A DNA stretch of 6,398 nt, taken from assembly GCA_964565125.1 (NCBI GenBank), contig CAZMCX010000003.1, positions 18,753 through 25,150 of the forward strand, read 5' to 3'. This DNA is from an uncultured archaeon. Lineage in GTDB: Archaea; Iainarchaeota; Iainarchaeia; Iainarchaeales; 0-14-0-20-30-16. Within the stretch, counting starts at the first letter, position 1. Every line of letters starts with the position of its first letter. Of this stretch, positions 1 to 5,915 are shown piece by piece. The notes beneath the pieces were generated by a model, which saw nothing but the letters and a program-made list of their open reading frames with translations, did not search any database and was not told the DNA's origin. Both the position numbers and the translations under genes were made by a program.

Positions 1-30
1 TTCATTTTCTTTTGCTTTAAAATATGCCAT
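1..30 (-). CDS. rpl22: Probable 5' end of ribosomal protein uL22, truncated by the window edge
   Basis: ATG at 30..28 opens a frame that runs to position 1 (MAYFKAKENE...). A GTGAT SD-like motif (38..34) lies 3 nt upstream, the same motif used upstream of uS19. uL22 follows uS19 in archaeal r-protein clusters. Only 10 codons are visible, so the call rests mostly on synteny. Confidence 0.4.
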   Translation of the reverse strand, partial: MAYFKAKENE

Positions 31-93
31 AAAATCACATCTTATATTTTATTGGGCCAAGAAAGCATTTTGCCTAACCGCAAAATATTTCAG

Positions 94-133
94 GGCCTAA
101 AGCAATTTGCTTCTAGCAAATTGGCTTTTTGCC
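94..133. repeat. 40-nt imperfect palindrome forming a long stem-loop
   Basis: Perfect 8-bp core CAATTTGC (103-110) / GCAAATTG (116-123) around a 5-nt loop. It extends, with one bulged base (124), by 99-102 pairing with 125-128 and, after a 2x2 mismatch, 94-96 pairing with 131-133. On the plus strand it is followed by a T5 run (126-130). Confidence 0.7.
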
Positions 134-169
134 TGTTGGGATTTCTCTTGAAATCAGCAACTTGGCCAT
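113..169 (-). CDS. 18-codon mini-ORF (MAKLLISREIPTGKKPIC) inside the spacer; possible leader peptide or micro-ORF, or a relic start
   Basis: ATG 169..167 is preceded by GTGAT (177..173) with a 4-nt spacer, the same arrangement as the uS19 start. The TAG stop (115..113) forms the first three loop nucleotides of the longest hairpin. I recognise no homology, and it is too short to judge coding potential. Confidence 0.2.
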   Translation of the reverse strand: MAKLLISREIPTGKKPIC

Positions 170-200
170 AATTATCACTCTTATTTACAGTCCAATATTA

Positions 201-596
201 CTATTTTTTGGCCACATTCTTGCTTGATTTTGTAGCTCCTATTCCTGCTTTTCCGTGAGATACTATCTTTCTAGACAAAACAAAGTCTCCTATGTAACAG
301 CCAATCATTTCTGGCTTTATCTCAACTTGCTCAAATATTTTTCCATTATAAATACCAAGTTTCAGCCCAACCATATCAGGCATAACCAATAAATCTCTTG
401 AATGGGTTTTTACCATATTCTTTGGAGGATTTCCTGCTTTATTTGCCTCTATAGCTCTAAGCATTTTCTTGTCTAGTTTTATTCCTCTATTTATTTTTCT
501 TCTTGCACCATAAGGCATTATTTCCTTCAACTGGTCTATAGGCAATTTTTTTAATTGCTCTAAATCATAACCTTTGTAACTAAATTCTCTTACCAT
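201..596 (-). CDS. rps19: Ribosomal protein uS19 (archaeal S19p / S15e type)
   Basis: REFSYKGY...LLVMPDMVGLKLGIYNGK...PEMIGCYIGDFVLSRKIVSHGKAGIGATKSS matches the archaeal uS19 pattern, and it follows uL2. The ORF track starts at GTG 605. ATG 596 (MVREFSYKGY) is preferred because that GTG is part of a GTGAT SD-like motif 4 nt upstream of it. Stop is TAG at 201-203. Confidence 0.93.
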   Translation of the reverse strand: MVREFSYKGYDLEQLKKLPIDQLKEIMPYGARRKINRGIKLDKKMLRAIEANKAGNPPKNMVKTHSRDLLVMPDMVGLKLGIYNGKIFEQVEIKPEMIGCYIGDFVLSRKIVSHGKAGIGATKSSKNVAKK

Positions 597-633
597 ATTT
601 ATCACTTAGTTCAATATACCCATTCTATTAAAT

Positions 634-1350
634 TTACTTCTTCTTTCTACCTGATCTGCTTGCTCCTACAGAACCAACTTTTTGTCCAGGGGTTGAGAAC
701 TTCTTAGATGCATTCTTCTTTCTGCCAGATGAGTTGTGTCCACTTCCTCCGTGAGGATGGTCTACTGCATTCATTGCATATCCCCTAGTAGATGGCCAAA
801 CCCTTCCGCCTTTTGCTCTCTGTAAGTAAAAATTATTTCCTGCTTTGTAAAGTGGTTTTTCTTTTCTTCCACCGCCTGCTACTCTTCCGATTGTACATAG
901 ACAATCTGGCCTTATTATTTTCTTTACTTTTGACCTTAATTTTACATATACACCTTTTTCATCTTTTCCGATTATTATTCCAAAAGTTCCGCTTGCCCTC
1001 ATAAATGAACCACCATCTTCAGGAATTGATTCAATATTTGAAACTACAAATCCCAAAGGAACATTTCCTATAGGCATTATATTTCCTATTTCAGGTCTAG
1101 CTGATGGACCAACTTCTAATCTTTGGCTTACATAAGCACCTTCAACTGCAGGGATATACATCTTTCTTCCGTTTTCCAAAACAATTTCGGAAACTGGGGC
1201 TGTTTTTCCTGTGTTGCTGATTATACTAACAACTTCTGCTTTACAGTCATCAGTCTTTCTGATATCGTATTTTGCTCTTACACCACTCTTATTAGCTCTA
1301 TATTTCGGACTTCCTTTTCCCCGTCTTTGCTGCTTCAATCGCCTTGCCAT
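634..1350 (-). CDS. rpl2: Ribosomal protein uL2
   Basis: 238 aa. It has an N-terminal QQRRGKGSPKYRA, a VDHPHGGSG motif (the uL2 HPHGG signature) and a basic C-terminal tail. GGTG SD at 1359..1356 lies 5 nt before the ATG. Position in the cluster is conserved. Confidence 0.95.
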   Translation of the reverse strand: MARRLKQQRRGKGSPKYRANKSGVRAKYDIRKTDDCKAEVVSIISNTGKTAPVSEIVLENGRKMYIPAVEGAYVSQRLEVGPSARPEIGNIMPIGNVPLGFVVSNIESIPEDGGSFMRASGTFGIIIGKDEKGVYVKLRSKVKKIIRPDCLCTIGRVAGGGRKEKPLYKAGNNFYLQRAKGGRVWPSTRGYAMNAVDHPHGGSGHNSSGRKKNASKKFSTPGQKVGSVGASRSGRKKK

Positions 1351-1429
1351 AATAACACCTTATAATCGCCAAAGTTTAACCTGTTTCATCAGGCATTGGT
1401 TTAATTTGTCTTTCCTTTATACTCCCTAA

Positions 1430-1684
1430 TTATATCATTCCTATTTTACTTGCTAATTCTGAAGCTTTGAATTCTTTTGTTAGCTTCACTATTGCTTTTT
1501 TTCTTCCGTTCATATCTCTTAACATATTTACCTTTTCAACTTTAACCTTGTATCTGTCTTCTACTGCTTTCTTTACTTCGGGTTTAGTTGCGTCTTTAGT
1601 TACAATAAATGTAATTTTATTCTGAGTTTCAATCATGTTCACTGCTTTTTCGCTTATTACCGGATAATTTATCTTTGCGTCCAT
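1430..1684 (-). CDS. rpl23: Ribosomal protein uL23
   Basis: MDAKINYPVISEKAVNMIE...KKAIVKL matches the archaeal uL23 pattern (MDA..I..PV.TEK). The ORF track starts at ATG 1696 (MVCK MDAK...). ATG 1684 is preferred because GGTG inside those extra codons sits 6 nt upstream of it as an SD, and archaeal uL23 proteins typically begin MDA. Confidence 0.9.
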   Translation of the reverse strand: MDAKINYPVISEKAVNMIETQNKITFIVTKDATKPEVKKAVEDRYKVKVEKVNMLRDMNGRKKAIVKLTKEFKASELASKIGMI

Positions 1685-1739
1685 TTTACACACCATTTCA
1701 CTTTTAATCTTCTTTATTCTTTTACCCTATCCAAAAATA

Positions 1740-2543
1740 TCACTCGTTCTTAGCTAATGCGTTCACAGCACTTTCTGTAAATATTACCAATCTCCCTGCT
1801 TTTCCGCCCGGAGCTAATTTCTCAACAGATAGATTTTTAACAGTAGAAACATCTACCCCTTCTAAATTTCTTACACCTTTTATTGCTTTGGCTTTATCAT
1901 CAGAAACAACAAAAAGGATTGATTTCTTTCTTCTGTAGATTCTTCCCCTTTTCTTTCCTTTTCCCGCCCTCATTGTTTTTTTCTTTTTAGCAGTTTCTAC
2001 ATCTTGCTCTATCTTTAAAGATTCTAGAATATTATATATATCTTTAGTCTTTCTGATTCCTTCAACCTTATCTTCTATTATTATTGGCAAAGTCATTTTT
2101 TCATCAACTATATGTCCTTTTCCAAAAACTAGCTCTCTATTTGTTGTTGCTGCTAAAGCGCATGCCAAAGCTAATTTCCGTTCTTTCTTATTGATCTTCT
2201 CTGCAATTACTGTCTCTACCTTGGGTGGGTGTGCTTTGGGGCCCCCAACTACTCCGGGAATTCCTGCAACTCTTCCCTGAACCAGGTGTCTTGCATTCTT
2301 TGTTCTTGGCTTTCTTGCTTCACCAACAGCGATCAAAGAATCTCTTATTCTTCTTTTTCCAACATATAATGCTGATGTGTTTCTTCCAGCGTCAATATAT
2401 GTTCCTTTTGGTTGTATCTTTTTTGTCAAAGAAGAAACATATGCCCTAGTTATCAATCTAGGTCTTATTTCAGTATCAAAAGCTTTGGGCAAAGTTATTT
2501 GCTTCTTAACTTGCCCTGCTATGTCGTAAACATTTACTTTCAT
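1740..2543 (-). CDS. rpl4: Ribosomal protein uL4 (archaeal L4p / L1e type)
   Basis: 267 aa. MKVNVYDIAGQVKKQITLPKAFDTEIRPRLITRA... and the internal basic KKKTMRAGKGKKRGRIYRRKKS loop are typical of archaeal uL4. It lies between uL3 and uL23. Stop is TGA. Confidence 0.93.
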   Translation of the reverse strand: MKVNVYDIAGQVKKQITLPKAFDTEIRPRLITRAYVSSLTKKIQPKGTYIDAGRNTSALYVGKRRIRDSLIAVGEARKPRTKNARHLVQGRVAGIPGVVGGPKAHPPKVETVIAEKINKKERKLALACALAATTNRELVFGKGHIVDEKMTLPIIIEDKVEGIRKTKDIYNILESLKIEQDVETAKKKKTMRAGKGKKRGRIYRRKKSILFVVSDDKAKAIKGVRNLEGVDVSTVKNLSVEKLAPGGKAGRLVIFTESAVNALAKNE

Positions 2544-2556
2544 TTTTTATCAACCC

Positions 2557-3531
2557 TTAATTATACAAAACTTCTGAAATATCGAATTTAGTATCAACAA
2601 ACTTTCTTATTCCATGTCTTAATGCAACCATTCTCTTCTTTGGACCTGGGATTGAACCTGCAACCATAATTGCTTCGGATTTTACTGTTCCATATCTTCC
2701 AAAGCTCTTTGGCATTTTTAAAAAATCGCATTTTCCAACATATTTACAGTTAATAATAGTTCTGTTGTGGAAGCCCATCTGGCCAGGCATTGGTGCTGTC
2801 CGCATTACTAGAGGAGGATGCCATGCACCTATAGACCCAACTTTTCTTACTCCTTTCTGTGATTTGTGGTGTCTTCTTTTTACTCCATATCTTTTTATTA
2901 CTCCTTGGAATCCTTTACCAATAGATACTGCAGTAACATCCAATGGAGCACTTTCTTTACTAAAATCATCTACTGTTATTGGCTTTCCTAACCTTTCTTT
3001 AATAAAAGCCATTTGTTCGTCTACTTTTCCGGATAAATATAATTCTACCATCTCTGATTTCTTCTTAGGCAATCCTGCTTCTGCGGGGTTTGTTTCTGCC
3101 AATATTACTGCATTAGAAATTGCTTCTTTATTTAAATTATAAAAATCGTCCATTTCCTTGATGTCCTTATCTTTTCCTTTTCTTAAAGTAGAATTAGTTT
3201 TATCTATATTCTTTGATAGGAATTTCTTGAACAGGAATTCCTTAATCGGTTTCTTTCTAATCGTTCCCTTATAGAATCTGATTCCCGCAACATTAAGTTT
3301 CGGAACTTCTATAATAGTTACCGGAATTTTTACCTTCATTCCGTTATAGGCGCTTCCCTTGTGTTTATTAACCCCAAACACCTGGTGCATTCCTACTTTA
3401 TACCCAAAGAAGTTTTGCACTTTTATTCCATTTTCTTCCTTAAATGTATTAAACTTAGGAATTATAGTTTTTGCTCTTACTCGCGGGTAAACACCCTTAG
3501 ATCCTGCTTTTGGTTTACTTGTACGACCCAT
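2557..3531 (-). CDS. rpl3: Ribosomal protein uL3
   Basis: 324 aa. It has N-terminal SKPKAGSKGVYPRVRA and GKGFQGVIKRYGV...GSIGAWHPPLVMRTAPMPGQMGFHNRT (uL3 signature region). It is the first gene of the cluster. GGTGTG SD lies about 5 nt upstream of the ATG. Confidence 0.95.
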   Translation of the reverse strand: MGRTSKPKAGSKGVYPRVRAKTIIPKFNTFKEENGIKVQNFFGYKVGMHQVFGVNKHKGSAYNGMKVKIPVTIIEVPKLNVAGIRFYKGTIRKKPIKEFLFKKFLSKNIDKTNSTLRKGKDKDIKEMDDFYNLNKEAISNAVILAETNPAEAGLPKKKSEMVELYLSGKVDEQMAFIKERLGKPITVDDFSKESAPLDVTAVSIGKGFQGVIKRYGVKRRHHKSQKGVRKVGSIGAWHPPLVMRTAPMPGQMGFHNRTIINCKYVGKCDFLKMPKSFGRYGTVKSEAIMVAGSIPGPKKRMVALRHGIRKFVDTKFDISEVLYN

Positions 3532-3579
3532 TTTTCACACCTTTATATTTATTGCAATAAAAAAATTTTAATTTCAGTT

Positions 3580-3590
3580 AAAATTTTAAA
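3580..3590 (-). promoter_or_regulatory. Candidate TATA box for the uL3 operon
   Basis: Minus-strand TTTAAAATTTT resembles the archaeal TATA consensus (TTTAWATA). It would place the transcription start about 25-30 nt upstream of the ATG, leaving room for the GGTG SD. Many other A/T-rich candidates exist nearby, so this is weak. Confidence 0.25.
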
Positions 3591-3680
3591 ATTCAAATTC
3601 AAAAACCCAAAAAAAGTTGAGTTCCAATAAACTTATGACTTTACACAAGTTATTTTATTATATTTTATATCACAGATATA

Positions 3681-3688
3681 TTTATAAA
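3681..3688 (+). promoter_or_regulatory. Candidate archaeal TATA box driving the plus-strand genes
   Basis: TTTATAAA matches TTTAWATA well. Its centre is about 26 nt upstream of ATG 3710-3712, the geometry expected for a leaderless archaeal mRNA starting at that ATG. Confidence 0.4.
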
Positions 3689-3709
3689 TGCACTTCCCTA
3701 ATCTTAGAT

Positions 3710-4009
3710 ATGGGCCGAAGACTTATAAGAAGAAAACCAAGGCAACTGATTAACAGAAAAGTCGATGTTCATATATAACGCCAAAAACAGGAGTTTAATA
3801 CCTGGAGAGGCGCTTGGGAAAACACAGGCCAACCCACTCAAGACACTACTACTTGGACTGTAAAAGCACGAAAACCAGGTTATGTTTCTAAAGGAAAAGT
3901 AATTCCAAAGGTAAGAGTTCAAGATAACTTTTCTCATTATAATCAACTACCGAATGGCCCTGAAGAAAGAACCACAATAAACAGATATTATGATCTCCCT
4001 GCAAACGAA
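3710..4009 (+). other. Upstream continuation of the 4010 ORF frame: a 22-codon ATG-initiated segment, an in-frame TAA (3776-3778), then 77 stop-free codons
   Basis: Hand translation in the frame of ATG 4010 gives MGRRLIRRKPRQLINRKVDVHI * RQKQEFNTWRGAWENTGQPTQDTTTWTVKARKPGYVSKGKVIPKVRVQDNFSHYNQLPNGPEERTTINRYYDLPANE, then MPLEREK... No ATG, GTG or TTG occurs in frame between 3779 and 4009. The other two plus frames are closed, for example by TAA at 3796-3798 and at 3861-3863. Confidence 0.5.
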
Positions 4010-4537
4010 ATGCCTTTAGAAAGAGAAAAACCAAAAAGAAAAATTTTTAGACGAGGGCCATACTTAGAGGATTTCTACCCCAAAAACAATATACAAGCAG
4101 TAGACGGTATGCTTATGAAAATAATTCGCAGATTTGGTTATGACTCTCCAAAAACTACACAACTTATTGAATTCTGGGCCAGAAGAAAAAGCGGAGTTCT
4201 ACAAAAATTATTAAAAAATTATGTTCATAAAGAAACAAAAATAATTCCAAAGCAAGAATTTGTACAGTTTGCAAATAACTTTGATCTTTATTTTTGTGGG
4301 GGCTCAAACGTAACAAAGACCTATTGGGAACAGGCAAAAATCGGCCTTGGGATTTTATATAAAGATCTAAAAAAACAAAATCCTGTGCTTTTTGAAAGAC
4401 TAGAAAATAAAGTAACAAAAAAACAAGTCCATAAACAACGTGAATCATCACTTTATTCTGAAAATTTAGATGATTTTTATGATGCCTACCTCTTATTCAG
4501 AAGAAACGGATTACTAAACCACCACATTTGGAGATGA
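4010..4537 (+). CDS. Hypothetical protein (conservative ATG-start model); family not recognised
   Basis: 175-aa ORF with a basic N-terminus and no obvious TM segment or motif I can name. It ends in TGA 4 nt before the next gene's ATG, and GGAG inside its last codons acts as that gene's SD, which suggests co-transcription and translational coupling. No SD-like motif precedes ATG 4010, so the true 5' end is uncertain (see findings). Confidence 0.7.
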   Translation: MPLEREKPKRKIFRRGPYLEDFYPKNNIQAVDGMLMKIIRRFGYDSPKTTQLIEFWARRKSGVLQKLLKNYVHKETKIIPKQEFVQFANNFDLYFCGGSNVTKTYWEQAKIGLGILYKDLKKQNPVLFERLENKVTKKQVHKQRESSLYSENLDDFYDAYLLFRRNGLLNHHIWR

Positions 4538-4541
4538 AACT

Positions 4542-5915
4542 ATGAAATCAATTACTATTATTGGATTTATTTTTATTATTGCAATTTTTCTTTCTGGATG
4601 TGTAGCAGATACTATTGACTCAGATAGAACCGACGAAAATGATTACAATCAAACTACTCCTGATAATAATACAAATCTTATAAAAGAATCAGATAAAAAT
4701 ATTTCTGCCTTCAAAAATTTTACAGAAAAAGACACTTATAAATGTAATAAAATATGTGAAAAAAACGAATTTTGTAATGCCTCTGGAACTTGTGAAAAAG
4801 TTGAACTAAAAACCCCAAACATTTGTGGAAATTATGTTTGCGATGGAAATGAAAAATACTCTGGAAAAGTTCTCAATATGGACAACATAAACAAAGAGTG
4901 TTTCTATGACTGTGAAGCTCAGTTTTTATCTGAATATCACAGTGATGTTGTTGAGGTAGATTGCGGATGTTCAGAATACTCCGCTCTTGCAGATAGACAT
5001 GGTTGTATTGAAGATGCCAGCCCTTGCTCAGACTGTTCAAAAATTGAACCTTTATTTCCAGAATTAGTAAAAACCCAAACAGAAATTTTTAACTGTTTAG
5101 TAGATTATTTTAAGTTCAAACCAAACAAACTGACCTATAAAGTATTCTATAATCCAGCCCTTACCTGTGAACAAAAGGAAGGATGTTCTGGAATTGAAGG
5201 CGGAGCGGGCGGTGCAGACTATGTCATGTTCCATAATCTTAATGGTTATAGAGATTATGGCGAATCTAATCCAACAAAACCAGAACAACTTACTGCTGAT
5301 GTGCATGAAACAGCCCATTATTTCCTATATCAAATGGTGCATGGGGTTCCAAGCTGGTTCCATGAAGTTATAGCAATAAACACAAACGAATACCTGGTTT
5401 GTAATGATAAACAGTCAAAGTGGGGAGATTCATATATCCCTGAGGGAGATCACGATGGCATAAATATGGACGATGGCACAAATTTAAATATAGAGTTTTA
5501 CAAAAGATACAAAGAAGGAAAAAGCTCATTAACAATAGAGGAAAAACAAGATCATTATATCACGGCAGTTCTTTTTATCTTCGGGCTACAAGAAGATTAT
5601 AATTGTGGGTTTTATTGTATTCGAGACATAGTTTTAAAGCTACACGAATATGAGCTTAAAGCTTGTTTGTCAGACAGTACAAAGTGTTCAATACAAGAAT
5701 TTGCTCTTGGTTCTTACTTTTACGGATACCAAGGCGGAAGCGAGGAAGAAGCAAACAAATTAATCAAAAAAGCAGTTGACGAGATCACCGGAAAAGATAG
5801 CTCAACCTTATTTAACTTTTTAGAAATCGGAAAATATGAGCCTTCGCCATCTCCCTGTGGTCCAACAAGCACATGCAGCATTGATGAAAACAAGGAGGAC
5901 AGTATATTTTCCTAA
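4542..5915 (+). CDS. Cysteine-rich secreted or lipid-anchored protein with an HExxH...E (gluzincin-like) putative zinc metallopeptidase motif
   Basis: N-terminal signal peptide with lipobox (MKSITIIGFIFIIAIFLSGC, Cys20). I count 24 Cys by hand. Five N-x-S/T sequons lie in residues 36-81. There is a CGNYVCDGNE...ECFYDC motif. HETAH at residues 255-259 (nt 5304-5318) is followed by SWFHEVIA (Glu275, nt 5364-5366), resembling the WLNEGFA third-ligand segment of MA-clan peptidases. GGAG SD lies 8 nt upstream. Confidence 0.8.
   Translation: MKSITIIGFIFIIAIFLSGCVADTIDSDRTDENDYNQTTPDNNTNLIKESDKNISAFKNFTEKDTYKCNKICEKNEFCNASGTCEKVELKTPNICGNYVCDGNEKYSGKVLNMDNINKECFYDCEAQFLSEYHSDVVEVDCGCSEYSALADRHGCIEDASPCSDCSKIEPLFPELVKTQTEIFNCLVDYFKFKPNKLTYKVFYNPALTCEQKEGCSGIEGGAGGADYVMFHNLNGYRDYGESNPTKPEQLTADVHETAHYFLYQMVHGVPSWFHEVIAINTNEYLVCNDKQSKWGDSYIPEGDHDGINMDDGTNLNIEFYKRYKEGKSSLTIEEKQDHYITAVLFIFGLQEDYNCGFYCIRDIVLKLHEYELKACLSDSTKCSIQEFALGSYFYGYQGGSEEEANKLIKKAVDEITGKDSSTLFNFLEIGKYEPSPSPCGPTSTCSIDENKEDSIFS

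Larger units (their letters stand above)
26..186 (-). other. Anomalous structured spacer in the uS19-uL22 junction, bounded by two near-identical SD+ATGGC initiation contexts
   Basis: Minus-strand AAATAAGAGTGATAATTATGGC (186..165) and ATATAAGATGTGATTTTATGGC (47..26) match in 19 of 23 aligned columns by hand alignment. Between them are hairpins at 140-155, 94-133 and 67-86, plus a long-range complement of 55-61 with 161-167. Confidence 0.5.

Noticed and set aside
55-167. tRNA, possibly intron-containing, suggested by a 7-bp closing stem plus three hairpins
   Set aside because: Arm lengths, linkers and loops do not fit a tRNA on either strand. There is no T-loop GTTCRANYC, no D-loop signature, 5-nt gaps flank the closing helix, and the length is about 113 nt.
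30-169. Bulge-helix-bulge intron within uL22 mRNA, with exon 1 starting at ATG 169
   Set aside because: Downstream of the closing helix all three frames hit stops before the ATG at 30 (TAA at 51..49, TGA at 37..35, TAA at 45..43). No exon-exon join keeps a frame open, and I see no 3-4-3 BHB motif.
150-180. C/D box sRNA signals (GTGATAA ... CTGA), and a similar TGATGA in the uL23-uL2 spacer at about 1384-1389
   Set aside because: The boxes are imperfect, no matching C'/D' or terminal D box lies at the right spacing, and there is no terminal kink-turn pairing. GTGAT is better explained as the SD motif.
1351-1429. 79-nt uL23-uL2 spacer as a possible regulatory RNA
   Set aside because: I found only 4-bp helices (CCTG/CAGG, CCAA/TTGG) and a 6-nt direct repeat (TTAAAC). 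That is within what AT-rich random sequence gives. The GGTG SD explains the 3' part.
792-3630. Plus-strand ORFs 792-1004, 1123-1365, 1211-1429, 2225-2449, 2765-3142 and 3361-3630
   Set aside because: All lie antisense within well-supported ribosomal protein genes. Their translations are low-complexity and Leu/Phe/Ser-rich, which is typical of shadow ORFs.
3776-3778. Genome-wide reassignment of TAA as a sense codon
   Set aside because: TAA terminates uL2, uL23, uL3 and the 457-aa gene at positions consistent with full-length homologous proteins. TAG and TGA are also used as stops here. Any read-through would therefore have to be local.
3704-3946. 80-aa minus-strand ORF in the region upstream of the 4010 ORF
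   Set aside because: Its codon boundaries are exactly in phase with the plus-strand open frame, making it an antisense shadow. Its first codon positions would be pyrimidine-rich, the peptide looks like junk (MIIMRKVILNSYLWNYFSF...), and the plus frame continues into a clearly coding 175-aa ORF.
3712-3960. Relatively GC-rich stretch starting GGGCC and ending GGCCC; considered as a structured ncRNA (RNase P or SRP-like), given fragments such as GAAAAGTCG and GGTAAGAG
   Set aside because: The terminal complementarity is only 5 bp and does not extend. The RNase P-like fragments are imperfect and in the wrong order. No oligo-T terminator follows. The triplet periodicity and open frame fit coding sequence better.
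4164-5373. ORFs 4164-4451 (minus), 5097-5318 (minus) and 5167-5373 (plus)
   Set aside because: They are nested in or antisense to longer, better-supported ORFs. None has SD or promoter context or a recognisable motif.
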